From a virus: a stretch of 64,000 nucleotides of DNA. Positions 20,962 through 30,953 of the stretch are shown here, piece by piece (position 1 is the stretch's first letter; each line of letters starts with the position of its first letter). The notes under the pieces were generated by a model. That model did no database searches, was not told the origin of the DNA, and was given only the letters and a program-made list of their open reading frames with translations. A program made the position numbers and the translations under genes. The DNA lies in IMG/VR virus record IMGVR_UViG_3300013131_004463, positions 15,231 to 79,230 of that record; one strand, given 5' to 3'.

Positions 20962-22113
20962 ATGAGACTTCTTGATACATACGCAACTAATACAGGATCA
21001 AAGATTGATCAACCTTTTATATACTCTAAATTCTTTCCTTTGCCTTTGAAAAAATTTGTTACTTTTCAATCTCAAACTCCTTATGACTCAAGAAATTATT
21101 CTTATTGGCAAGAAGTCATTAATTTAATACATCCTTATTTAATAAAAAATGATATCCATATAATTCAACTAGGCGTAAAAGACGAGAAGCCTCTTAATGG
21201 AGTAGTTAATCTTTTGGGCCAAACCAACATTAATCAACTAGCATATGTTATTGAAAATGGCATTTTACACTTTGGGCCAGACAGCTTAAGCGTTCATTTA
21301 GCTTCATATTATAATAAATTAATCGTGGCACTCTATAGCATAAGTAATCCTAATGTTGCCGGGCCACATTTTGGAGATAAAAACAAGCATCTTTTATTGA
21401 AAGGATACGAAAGAGTAGGTAATAAAAAACCTTCATATTCTCAAATAGAACGACCAAAATCAATAGACACTATTAAACCAGAAGAAATCGCTATTGGAAT
21501 ATTAGATTTTCTTAATATAGAATATGCAAAATTACCAGAAACAATATATTTTGGACCAGATTATAACGTTAAAAGTTTTGAAGTGGTTCCAGACGATAAT
21601 CTAGATGTAAATTCTATACCAATTGAAAATCCAATTATAAGAATGGATTATCTTTTTAACGAACAAACTTTTGAAAAAATAATTTCTTGTAAAAAATCAA
21701 TAGTTTTTACTAATAAACCTATTAAAAAAGATCTTATACAAAAATACAAAAAGAATATAACTCAATTAATATATATTATAGATGAAAATAATGATGTTAA
21801 TTTTGTTAAATTATTAAAGAATAATTCAATTAATTATGCGCTTCTTTCTTTTTTAGAAGAAGATATTTTAAATAAATATAAAATAGACTACATGGACTAT
21901 AATCTAATAATTAATAGAAAATATAAAACAAAAGCAGATACAAGTATAAAAGATATTAATAATTTACACTATAAATCTTCAAGAGTAATACATTCTTCAA
22001 AAGGACAATTTATTTCTAGATATGATTGGCTTCATGGAACAGGAGATAAAGTAGTAGAAGATCCTGATTTTTGGAAAGAAAGTGATAATTTTTATATTTT
22101 TAAATTGACTTAA
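20962..22113 (+). CDS. GT9 (heptosyltransferase-like) C-terminal half-domain plus unknown domain
   Basis: RNYSYW, IIQLG, NLLGQT, GPDSLSVHLA. Confidence 0.65.
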   Translation: MRLLDTYATNTGSKIDQPFIYSKFFPLPLKKFVTFQSQTPYDSRNYSYWQEVINLIHPYLIKNDIHIIQLGVKDEKPLNGVVNLLGQTNINQLAYVIENGILHFGPDSLSVHLASYYNKLIVALYSISNPNVAGPHFGDKNKHLLLKGYERVGNKKPSYSQIERPKSIDTIKPEEIAIGILDFLNIEYAKLPETIYFGPDYNVKSFEVVPDDNLDVNSIPIENPIIRMDYLFNEQTFEKIISCKKSIVFTNKPIKKDLIQKYKKNITQLIYIIDENNDVNFVKLLKNNSINYALLSFLEEDILNKYKIDYMDYNLIINRKYKTKADTSIKDINNLHYKSSRVIHSSKGQFISRYDWLHGTGDKVVEDPDFWKESDNFYIFKLT

Positions 22114-22133
22114 CTTAATAATTAAAGTATACT
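22105..22133 (+). promoter_or_regulatory. Sigma70-type promoter TTGACT-17-TATACT, leaderless start at 22140
   Basis: Boxes with 17-bp spacer; ATG 6 nt downstream. Confidence 0.7.
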
Positions 22134-22139
22134 ATTAAA

Positions 22140-22949
22140 ATGAGTCCAAAGATCAAAGACGACCAAAACACAATTTCAATAGGTAGTTCAGAATTAAACG
22201 AAGCATTGTCTAATAATGAATTGATTATAGATAACACAATAACGCAAACTCCTCCAAATCTTATAACAAGAAATAAATACGGTCTTTTAGAAAATTCAAA
22301 TGTTAATTATGTTTATCATGATGATGGTTCAATAAACTGGCGCAAAATGGTAAAAACAGAATATCTTGTACCAAATCGTCAAAAAACTCAAGAAACAGAT
22401 GTAACAAAGCTAGAGGATAAAGATTTGTTAATATTGCTTGGTGGGATTAAAGAACTAGCTCAAATTCGTGGATATTCTAAAGTTGAATACAAAGTCGTAG
22501 CAGCTTCAGAGAATTATTTTGCCACAAGCTGTAGAATTACTTGGTTGCCAAATTATGAAACAGGTGATAAAGAAATAGTTTTTGAAGCTCTTGCGGACGC
22601 AACAACTAATAACACAAAGTCTTTTGCCAGATTCTTTCTGGCTGCAATAGCAGAAAATAGAGCGTTTGTTCGTTGTGTGCGCAATTTTCTTAAGATTAAT
22701 ATTGTTTCTCAAGAAGAGCTTGGTGATGCTAAACTAGTTGACGATTCAAGTTTTGCTCAAGAAAATCCAACTTCTCCTCAATCATTACTTGAAAAAGTAA
22801 TGAAAGATAAGAATATAAATTTTGATCAATTGAAAAAAAGATTAATTAAAGAGAAATTTGATGGCGCAGAAAATCTAAACTCAATAACAGACATCTCAAA
22901 AGTAAAGATATTCGAACTAATTGATAGAATTAAAAAAATTAAAGATTAA
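22140..22949 (+). CDS. Putative single-strand annealing protein (Rad52/Sak-like)
   Basis: GIKELA...AIAENRAFVRCVR helix resembles the 'AETRAxxRA' motif of SSAPs. Confidence 0.45.
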   Translation: MSPKIKDDQNTISIGSSELNEALSNNELIIDNTITQTPPNLITRNKYGLLENSNVNYVYHDDGSINWRKMVKTEYLVPNRQKTQETDVTKLEDKDLLILLGGIKELAQIRGYSKVEYKVVAASENYFATSCRITWLPNYETGDKEIVFEALADATTNNTKSFARFFLAAIAENRAFVRCVRNFLKINIVSQEELGDAKLVDDSSFAQENPTSPQSLLEKVMKDKNINFDQLKKRLIKEKFDGAENLNSITDISKVKIFELIDRIKKIKD

Positions 22950-23242
22950 TAATCTTTATATTTGACCAAGTGATTTCTAACAAAATATAAATTAATAAAA
23001 AACCCACAAAACGCGCTAAAAATATTACTTAAAAATGGATAAGTTAATCCAAAAAATGGATTAATAAAAAAACTAATAGCTAAAGATATCCAAAAACTAG
23101 AACATTCATGACAAAGCAAGGGTTTGTGAATATAAGGAATCTTAGCTATAAAGTTGCGAAAAGGTCTAGCTACTTCAGTATCGTTCCAACCGTAAGTTAT
23201 ACCAAGACAAATAAAAAGATAAACTATAAAAGTATAAAACAT
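22946..23242 (-). CDS. Small membrane protein (DUF1360-like)
   Basis: Hydrophobic segments and CHECSSFW (CxxCxSxW). Confidence 0.6.
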   Translation of the reverse strand: MFYTFIVYLFICLGITYGWNDTEVARPFRNFIAKIPYIHKPLLCHECSSFWISLAISFFINPFFGLTYPFLSNIFSAFCGFFINLYFVRNHLVKYKDY

Positions 23243-23529
23243 TATTTTCTCATAGATCCTATTCTTTGCTTTTTTTCTCTGCTTCTTTTGGCTACATTTT
23301 TTATATTTTCTTCTGAAAATATTTCAGAAAAAATATCTTTTTTGTTTTCAATCTTTGAAATAAGATAATTAATTGTTCTATACCTACAAGAACAATTCGG
23401 CGAGTTTCTTAGAGTTGTTAAATCCGCAAGGATTTCAGGAAACTTTTCTTTCAAAGAATTTAAAAAAATATCGTCCTCTATAAAGACTTCCAAAAAAGTT
23501 CTAGATTTTATTATATCCTCTATAATCAT
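23242..23529 (-). CDS. Hypothetical protein (PNCSC motif)
   Basis: ORF overlapping the next gene's start; TAGAAA-17-TATAAT upstream. Confidence 0.6.
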   Translation of the reverse strand: MIIEDIIKSRTFLEVFIEDDIFLNSLKEKFPEILADLTTLRNSPNCSCRYRTINYLISKIENKKDIFSEIFSEENIKNVAKRSREKKQRIGSMRK

Positions 23530-23599
23530 ATTAAATTATAATATTAAATATTAATATTTTCTAATATTTTAAACTCCACTTAATATATAGGTATATTTT

Positions 23600-24541
23600 T
23601 TATAAACCAATGAAACCAGGAGGTGATGTAGATGGATCGGTTTGTATACTTAATGAAGAGTCAGAATTTAAATCGTATCCATCTTGTCCATATGAAAATT
23701 GTGTTACTTGGTTATTATTCGCAGCAATATTAATATTTGCATTATTTGTAATTTGGGTAGTTAAATTTATATTTAATTTAGCATCATTATCTAATGAATA
23801 ATTAAGGTCTCTTGATGTTTGTGTTAACTTAGAAAAATTAAATTTTAATAAATCTCTACTAGTATTATAGTCCTTAAAACCAATACTTAATGGACCTGTA
23901 GCGATTTGATTAAAGATATTTGTAATCCTTTCTTGATTATATTCGCTCATGGAAAAGTTAAAATTTAAATTAATATTTATTGGATATTTAATAATTACTT
24001 CATCTGGTAAATAATTATTTATCGTATAAACCGGTTCTCGTGATACTTCAATACCTAAATCCAATGATTCTAATCTATTGTTATTTGCTTCATTTAAATT
24101 TAAATCAACATAATAATTATCTGCAGGGATAAAATTATTTAATCTAAACGGCGTATAAGAAAAGGTTCCAGATGTATTACCAAGTTCACCAAGTATTAAA
24201 GCCCTAATATTGACTCGAGGATATTCCCCTAATCTATAATTAATTGAATAATTTGTAAGATAGCCACTCGAAAATGTAAAAAATTTATTCCCATACTCTA
24301 TTTTTCCAGAAAAAGCATCGCCAGTGACATATCCTATTAATGGATCATTTCTAGTTAGAAGATAATCTAAGCTTAAATTTGCAGCGATTGGTTTAGATAT
24401 AAAATAATTTAAATTTCCATCACTTATAGCCAACGATGTTCCTATATTATTATTATATGATACTTGAACATTTTGTATCCCAGAAATAATAGAATTATTT
24501 AGATAAAAATTTTGATTTTCTATAGAATAAACATTAAACAT
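23600..24541 (-). CDS. Tail-tube-like structural protein (possible distant paralogue of 42259..43440)
   Basis: LESLDLGIEVSREPVYTI...YPININL parallels IQSYTLSFDLARTPIEKL...FPLTVTL; GTGTAA motif upstream. Confidence 0.55.
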   Translation of the reverse strand: MFNVYSIENQNFYLNNSIISGIQNVQVSYNNNIGTSLAISDGNLNYFISKPIAANLSLDYLLTRNDPLIGYVTGDAFSGKIEYGNKFFTFSSGYLTNYSINYRLGEYPRVNIRALILGELGNTSGTFSYTPFRLNNFIPADNYYVDLNLNEANNNRLESLDLGIEVSREPVYTINNYLPDEVIIKYPININLNFNFSMSEYNQERITNIFNQIATGPLSIGFKDYNTSRDLLKFNFSKLTQTSRDLNYSLDNDAKLNINLTTQITNNANINIAANNNQVTQFSYGQDGYDLNSDSSLSIQTDPSTSPPGFIGL

Positions 24542-24550
24542 TAAATATAA

Positions 24551-24572
24551 TTACACTTCTTTTTAAGTGTAA
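24551..24572. promoter_or_regulatory. Divergent pair of GTGTAA late motifs (TTACACTT-N6-AAGTGTAA)
   Basis: Inverted repeat between divergent genes 24541(-) and 24594(+). Confidence 0.65.
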
Positions 24573-24593
24573 AATATAAGAGGTAAAAGGTAT

Positions 24594-25133
24594 ATGCCAA
24601 GTATTTACGACACAGTTCCGAATTGGACTACTAGTCCAACTAGTTTTGATAAGTATGCTATCGTCAAGGGTAGCGACAACAGATTTTATTATTCTGTTAT
24701 AAATTCTAATGTTGGCAATAATCCCATCACGATTTCTAATTTACAATCCAGATGGGATGGATATATATCTCTAAACTCAGTTTTATATCCAAATTTTTGG
24801 TGGAAATCTTCTTATGGTATAGATTTTCTTAGTAACCCTAGAATTAAAATAAATCAATTTGGTAATGGTTATCAACAAAGAGTACAAGAATCAATTAATA
24901 ATAATCTGAAACAAATTAACATAAGTTTTGAAAACAGAAGTGAATTAGAGACCGTATCAATTTTACATTTTTTACAACAAAGAAATTCCAAAGAAAGTTT
25001 TGTTTATAATTTACCTACAATTTATTCGAGACCAAGCGTTAAAACTATGTTTACTTGCCCAACATGGGTGGTTCAGCCTGTTTCTTACAATGTTTATACT
25101 ATAAAAGCTGAATTTTCTGAGGTACCAGAATAA
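24594..25133 (+). CDS. Minor tail protein, lambda gpM-like
   Basis: FGNGYQQR...INN, FLQQR, AEFSEV. Confidence 0.8.
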   Translation: MPSIYDTVPNWTTSPTSFDKYAIVKGSDNRFYYSVINSNVGNNPITISNLQSRWDGYISLNSVLYPNFWWKSSYGIDFLSNPRIKINQFGNGYQQRVQESINNNLKQINISFENRSELETVSILHFLQQRNSKESFVYNLPTIYSRPSVKTMFTCPTWVVQPVSYNVYTIKAEFSEVPE

Positions 25134-25134
25134 T

Positions 25135-26511
25135 ATGTCTGTATCCCAAAATCAAACTTATTTATCAATTGTAAGTGGAAGTAGAGATATTAGGGAAAAT
25201 ATTTTATCTTTAAATCCATCTTCATTAATAGAATTATTTGAAATAGATTTTTCTGAAGTTCATCCAATAACGAAAACCTTAAGCTACGGAAATGATCAAC
25301 CTACTAATATGGGGATATTGCGTATTTATAACAATTTTAATTTATTTAAAATGACAAATAATCCATATGGAATAATTAATTGGAGAAATAATTCATATTA
25401 CCCATTTCCTATAAAAGCAGATGGATTTGAATATAATTCATCAACGACATTACCAACCCCAAAGATATCAATATCAAACTCTTCTCCTGATCGTTCAAAT
25501 AATTCTTTCTATAATTATCTTAGAATGCAGTTTCAATCTTTTGACGATATAATTGGGGCAAAATTTACAAGAATTAGAACATTTTTGAAATATCTAAATT
25601 CTTCAAATTTTGACGAAGGATACAATATATATACTACAAATACAGGTATCTACGAAATAGAACTTCCAAAAGATGTCTATTATATAGATAGAAAAACCAT
25701 CGAAAATAGTGCTACGATCGAATATCAACTTAATACAATACTTGATTTAGAAAATTTAGTTTTTCCAGGAAGGACAATATATTCAAAAAAATGTCCATTT
25801 CAATATCGTGGAGAAGGATGCTGTTATGAGTATAATAATAGATTGACTTCATTGCATAGTGGAATTTATGCATATACAATAAATCCCAGTATTAGGGTAT
25901 CAGGTCTTTTAACTGCTCCTCCAGTTGCAACAGAAAATAATCAATTATTTATTGGTGGAATTTTTCCCACAGGACAAATTGGAGCTAGCGCAATACATAG
26001 AATCACTGGATCAAATCAAGGAAACAATGGTCCACTTGGTAATTCTGGAGCTTGGAACATAAATAATACATATATTTCGGGTGATTTTGTTTTTTTAGAA
26101 AATAGAAATTTAAAAAACTATTTTGTTTGCATTAAGAATCATACCTCAAATGCTTTCGATACACCTTTAAATAATAATTATTGGACACCAGATGTTTGCG
26201 CTAAAGATATTCGCTCGTGTAGACTGAGATGGTTAAAAAATCCTGCATTTAGACCAATTATTTGGCCCGAGAATAGAGGTGGAGAAAATTTTAATGCTAC
26301 AGCTTCAAGAATACACTGGACGTATTATAACAATGAAAGTCTTTTTGTCACTGGTGTTACTGGACAAGCAGTAAATTTTCCTAGAAGACCTGGAGCTGAA
26401 AATCCTAGTTCACCCGAAGCGCATGGAATTCCTAAAGATGCAAATGGAAATTATTTAAATGGATTTTTACCATTTGGAGGATTTCCTGGCACAAATAAAC
26501 CAAATGTTTAA
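25135..26511 (+). CDS. Tail tip protein, lambda gpL-like (Fe-S cysteines)
   Basis: LIELFEID, GFE, PTPKISISN, RIRTFLKYL, YYIDRK, CPFQYRGEGC, DVCAK...CRLR, LPFGGFPG. Confidence 0.88.
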   Translation: MSVSQNQTYLSIVSGSRDIRENILSLNPSSLIELFEIDFSEVHPITKTLSYGNDQPTNMGILRIYNNFNLFKMTNNPYGIINWRNNSYYPFPIKADGFEYNSSTTLPTPKISISNSSPDRSNNSFYNYLRMQFQSFDDIIGAKFTRIRTFLKYLNSSNFDEGYNIYTTNTGIYEIELPKDVYYIDRKTIENSATIEYQLNTILDLENLVFPGRTIYSKKCPFQYRGEGCCYEYNNRLTSLHSGIYAYTINPSIRVSGLLTAPPVATENNQLFIGGIFPTGQIGASAIHRITGSNQGNNGPLGNSGAWNINNTYISGDFVFLENRNLKNYFVCIKNHTSNAFDTPLNNNYWTPDVCAKDIRSCRLRWLKNPAFRPIIWPENRGGENFNATASRIHWTYYNNESLFVTGVTGQAVNFPRRPGAENPSSPEAHGIPKDANGNYLNGFLPFGGFPGTNKPNV

Positions 26512-26896
26512 TAAAAAAATTAAAAATTTTATAAAAGAGGAGTGCTTAAAAAATAGCTCAGAAGAGTCTTGTGGTTTTATAGTTTTTAAAAATGATTTCA
26601 TTTGCGTTCCATGTAAGAATATATCTTCTGATCCAACCAATTTTTTTAAAATTTCTTCACTTGATTTTTTAAAAACAAAATATTTATATAATGAAATACA
26701 TTACATATACCATAGTCATATAAGCGAAAATTGCGAATTTTCTGAATTAGATAAAAAATGTTCTGATTTTTTGATGATACCAATCATATTATATAATATT
26801 CAAAAAAATATATTTAAACTTTATAGTTCTACTAATTTAAAAAATTCTAATATAGAAAAAGATTTTGCATGTAATCATTTAGAGGTAAAAATATGA
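26504..26896 (+). CDS. Tail assembly protein, gpK-like JAB/Mov34 domain
   Basis: EESCGFI, YHSH...SELD; located between L and I. Confidence 0.8.
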   Translation: MFNKKIKNFIKEECLKNSSEESCGFIVFKNDFICVPCKNISSDPTNFFKISSLDFLKTKYLYNEIHYIYHSHISENCEFSELDKKCSDFLMIPIILYNIQKNIFKLYSSTNLKNSNIEKDFACNHLEVKI

Positions 26897-27708
26897 TAAA
26901 AGTTAATTTACATGGTAAATTAGGACAAGAGATTGGACAAGTTTGGGATTTAGAAGTCTCAAGCGTTGCAGAGGCTCTAAGGGCAATAGAAATAAATACA
27001 AAAAAATTTAGAAAGCATTTAATAGATAATATGGACTATGGATATGAAATATTAATTAATAGTAGTCCTCTCTTTTCTGAGGTTCCAAATATTAAAAGTA
27101 TAGAAGAAATTAAAAATACAGAATTATTTATTATTCTAGATGAAAAAATTGAAACAATAGACATTGTTCCATGTTTAATTGGCGCCGATTTTTTTCAAAG
27201 TGTTGCTAATTTCTTTACTAAAACTATACCCAAATTCGCTAGTAGCCCAGTAGGTCAAATAGTGATAGGTGGAATTGGATTAGCGGCTGGATTTGGAATT
27301 GGTTACGCTTACCCTCAATTTATGCCACTTGCAGTTGGTATTGGTTATGCTAGCATAGGTTTAATAGCTAATGGTACTAGTGCGCTATTATCTAAGCCTC
27401 CACCACCCGTACCATTCACAGCTAACCAAGCTGATCCAATAGGTGGATCAGCAGGTGGTGCAAATTCATACCTTTTTAATGGTCCATCTAATACAGTAGG
27501 CGAAGGTGGCCCAGTGCCAGTCGGATATGGAACTCTACTAGTTGGAGGAAATAATATTTTTGCAAATTATGATATACTATATAAAACATATGTTGGCACT
27601 TATGATAGCGCAACTGAACAATCTATTCTTGAAGGAGATAATCAATATATATTTAATTCGAAATGTTATCTAATAGATCAGAAATCTCTATCTTCAATTC
27701 CTTTTTAA
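26893..27708 (+). CDS. Tail assembly protein, lambda gpI-like
   Basis: VNLHGKLG...EALRAI, SYLFNGPSNT, PVPVGYG. Confidence 0.85.
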   Translation: MIKVNLHGKLGQEIGQVWDLEVSSVAEALRAIEINTKKFRKHLIDNMDYGYEILINSSPLFSEVPNIKSIEEIKNTELFIILDEKIETIDIVPCLIGADFFQSVANFFTKTIPKFASSPVGQIVIGGIGLAAGFGIGYAYPQFMPLAVGIGYASIGLIANGTSALLSKPPPPVPFTANQADPIGGSAGGANSYLFNGPSNTVGEGGPVPVGYGTLLVGGNNIFANYDILYKTYVGTYDSATEQSILEGDNQYIFNSKCYLIDQKSLSSIPF

Positions 27709-27711
27709 TTT

Positions 27712-30700
27712 ATGCCAATTAATAAATATGCAGATGGTTTGGCTTATGTACTGTTTCCTGGAAATATTGGATATGGACCTGCTGGATATAATTTTCCAGA
27801 AAGTACGGCTCAAGATGATGGTGGTGGTGTTGGAGCTATATCTTTATCTTTTAGCGGTTCTACTGTACCATATCTTAGTTCTACCGATGTAAGTGGCTGG
27901 GGATATGGACCAAGTGGCTTTTACTCTGCTTATACTCCTCTAGCGACATTAAGTAGTCACACTTATAATCCTTTCACTTCACATCCAACGCTTCCAACTA
28001 GTAGAATATACTCAGGTGTAGATCCTGACACGCCAAATTTAAGATCTATTTTTTCTGTAGATACACGTGCAGCAACTGAGGCTAGTTATGGAGATAGAAA
28101 GAAGCGAACAGCAATAAGCTCTATTTCAGAAATTAATATTTTAGATTTGGTTTGCGAAGGCCCAATTGAAGGTTTTCCTACTGGAAAATATTATTATAGT
28201 TTAAGCGGTAAAACTACTGGAGATATTGGATATACTTCAGCCATCTTTGAGCCTTATGGTTCCACGAATAGCGTACCACAAGCAAGATCCATATTTTGGG
28301 ACGACACACCTTTAGCAGATCAAAATGGTTTTAATAATTTTCAATATTCAAATTATAAATTTTCTTATGGGGAAAAAACTAATGATCACACGATATTTAA
28401 TCCATATTTAAATATTTACGAAGAAAGAAGGAATTATTTTGGAAGACAAGTAGATAATAATAAAATACCACTTCAGACTTCTGTAACTAAGCAAATTAAT
28501 GAAAGAATTTATGGATATTATCTTATAAGTGGTAGTAATAGAATAGTTACTCCAAAAACATATTATATATATAATACAGACGTTTCTTCTATACAAATTA
28601 ATATTAAAATAAACAGTCTATACGAACAAATAGTGAAAGGTAGTAACGCTGGAGATATAGAGCAACAAGAGATGCAGTTTCAATTTATAATCTATAGAGT
28701 TTTAAAAGATTACTCATTAGTGCGATTAGATACCTCAAAATATCCACCTTTTGAATCAGATGCTTGGTCAAGTGATGAGATTACATTAAAAGGTAAAGTC
28801 ACAAGTTCACCTGTAATTTGGACATATCATATTACATTAAGACCATTCGCAGAGAATAGACCAACTTTTAAATTATTTGACGACCAAATTGGCTGGGCGA
28901 TAGACATTATCAAACAAAGCAGAGAAGCTACATCTACCAGTTTAAAAAGTGAGAGCTCTATAGATAGCATAACTGAAGTCTATTCTGATAGATTTGTTTA
29001 TCCAGATTCTGCATTAGTTTTTTCTAAATTTGACGCAAGATATTTCAGCGCAATTCCAACTAGATCTTATCTCTTAAAACTTTTAAAAGTTAAAATTCCT
29101 GTTAATTATGATCCAATAGCAAGAAATTACAATGGTCCTTGGAATGGCAAATTTAAAGTCGCATGGACAGATAATCCAGCTTGGTGTTTTTATGATATTA
29201 TAACAAATAATAGATTTGGATTAGGTAAATATATAGACGAAAAATTAGCAGATAAATGGAATTTATATGAAATAAGCCAATATTGCGATCAATTGGTAAG
29301 CGACGGGGTTGGCGGACTAGAACCAAGATTTACATGCAATGTTATGTTTAATACAAAAGAAGAGGCGTATAAAGTTTTAAATGATATGGCCAGTTTATTT
29401 CTAGGAATACTTTATTATTCTGCTGGTCAAATCTTTTTATCACAAGATTCACCAAGAGATTCAGTTTATTTATTTAGTAATAGCAATGTAATCGCCCCTG
29501 GATTCTCTTATTCTGATGCTTCAAAAAAATCAAGAAAAACAGTAGCTATAGTAAGATATAATGATGAAAATGATAATTATAAACCCGCGATAGAGGTAGT
29601 TGAAGATGTAAGTGCGATGCTTAAACTTGGAGTCAGAGAAACAGAAATTACATCCTTTGGTTGTACCAATAGAAATCAAGCAAGAAGAGCGGGCAAATGG
29701 CTTCTTGCTACTCAAAATTCAAACACAGAAATTGTAGAATTTCAAGCTGGTTTAGAGGGAAGTCTGATACGACCTGGAGATGTTATATCTATTTATGATC
29801 AAGCAAGAAAAAATTTAAGTTATGCAGGTAGAACATTAGAATTAACAACTGGATATGCGGTATTAGATTTACCATATGATTCTATAAATACATATGCTCT
29901 AACTGGAGTTAATGCAAATAATTCATTTATATTTGATGTTATAACCCCAACTTATAACCTAGATTTCGGAACAGATCTAGGTGATCTTTATGCTACGGGT
30001 TATAGCTCTGTAAACTCTTCTGGAGTTAGTGGTTTAAATAGTTCATTTTTCAAAAGAAGTCAAATACAATCTATTAGAATTAATAATCCAAGAAATTTTA
30101 TAACTAGCGGATCTGGTATATACACCAACAACATAAGGTTAAATTTTAGTTCTTCTTTAGGTAATTTAACTAGTGGATATATATTACCTCAAAGTGCACC
30201 TTGGATTATAAACATAGATACTACTGGATATTTGGCCGCAGGTATTAATACAAAATCTAATATCAATAATGATGCTCAAAATCTTTATCCAGGATACTAT
30301 CTAGAATCTTACTTAAATAAACCTCAAAAATATAAAGTTTTAAATATTACAGAAAATGACAACGCTTTATTTACAATTAGCGCCTTAGAATATAATGATA
30401 AAAAATTTAAAGATATAGATAATATTGGACAACTTGTAAATACACCAATAAGACCGGCTTCGCCTACTACTCCTAATTTAATACTTAGTACAATATTTAG
30501 GGATAAAAATGGTTGTTATTACACACCATATCTTAATGATTATGCAACATATGGATGTGGCTCACCAGTATACGGAGACTTACCTTATTCTACAAATCAA
30601 AATGGTATTAACAGTATAATGTATAACATAATTCCACCAGCAAATTCTTCGAATACAATTTATTATACATATGTTAAAACTGGGACAAATTTTGATTCAA

Positions 30701-30951
30701 CTACTCCATTAGAATCTTTTGTGAGTGCAATTTCGAGCGAAAATTTACAAACAGGAATATCACATAATAATATATTAAACGCTCCGATATTTCCTCCTTT
30801 TATAACTCCACTTCGTACTGGTTCTTATTTTTTCAGAGTATTTGCACAAAATAGTATAGGCGAAAGATCTTCTGCTGCTACAGGATTATTAATTCTTAGG
30901 AATCAGATAAAAGCTGCAGATGTAGAGGCTTCAGGAATTAATGTATATTAA
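27712..30951 (+). CDS. Central tail tip / host specificity protein, lambda gpJ-like
   Basis: LDLVCEGPIEG, KVKIPVNYDP, WTDNPAWCFYD, EPRFTCN, GCT..QARR, RPGDVI. Confidence 0.9.
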   Translation: MPINKYADGLAYVLFPGNIGYGPAGYNFPESTAQDDGGGVGAISLSFSGSTVPYLSSTDVSGWGYGPSGFYSAYTPLATLSSHTYNPFTSHPTLPTSRIYSGVDPDTPNLRSIFSVDTRAATEASYGDRKKRTAISSISEINILDLVCEGPIEGFPTGKYYYSLSGKTTGDIGYTSAIFEPYGSTNSVPQARSIFWDDTPLADQNGFNNFQYSNYKFSYGEKTNDHTIFNPYLNIYEERRNYFGRQVDNNKIPLQTSVTKQINERIYGYYLISGSNRIVTPKTYYIYNTDVSSIQINIKINSLYEQIVKGSNAGDIEQQEMQFQFIIYRVLKDYSLVRLDTSKYPPFESDAWSSDEITLKGKVTSSPVIWTYHITLRPFAENRPTFKLFDDQIGWAIDIIKQSREATSTSLKSESSIDSITEVYSDRFVYPDSALVFSKFDARYFSAIPTRSYLLKLLKVKIPVNYDPIARNYNGPWNGKFKVAWTDNPAWCFYDIITNNRFGLGKYIDEKLADKWNLYEISQYCDQLVSDGVGGLEPRFTCNVMFNTKEEAYKVLNDMASLFLGILYYSAGQIFLSQDSPRDSVYLFSNSNVIAPGFSYSDASKKSRKTVAIVRYNDENDNYKPAIEVVEDVSAMLKLGVRETEITSFGCTNRNQARRAGKWLLATQNSNTEIVEFQAGLEGSLIRPGDVISIYDQARKNLSYAGRTLELTTGYAVLDLPYDSINTYALTGVNANNSFIFDVITPTYNLDFGTDLGDLYATGYSSVNSSGVSGLNSSFFKRSQIQSIRINNPRNFITSGSGIYTNNIRLNFSSSLGNLTSGYILPQSAPWIINIDTTGYLAAGINTKSNINNDAQNLYPGYYLESYLNKPQKYKVLNITENDNALFTISALEYNDKKFKDIDNIGQLVNTPIRPASPTTPNLILSTIFRDKNGCYYTPYLNDYATYGCGSPVYGDLPYSTNQNGINSIMYNIIPPANSSNTIYYTYVKTGTNFDSTTPLESFVSAISSENLQTGISHNNILNAPIFPPFITPLRTGSYFFRVFAQNSIGERSSAATGLLILRNQIKAADVEASGINVY

Positions 30952-30953
30952 TT

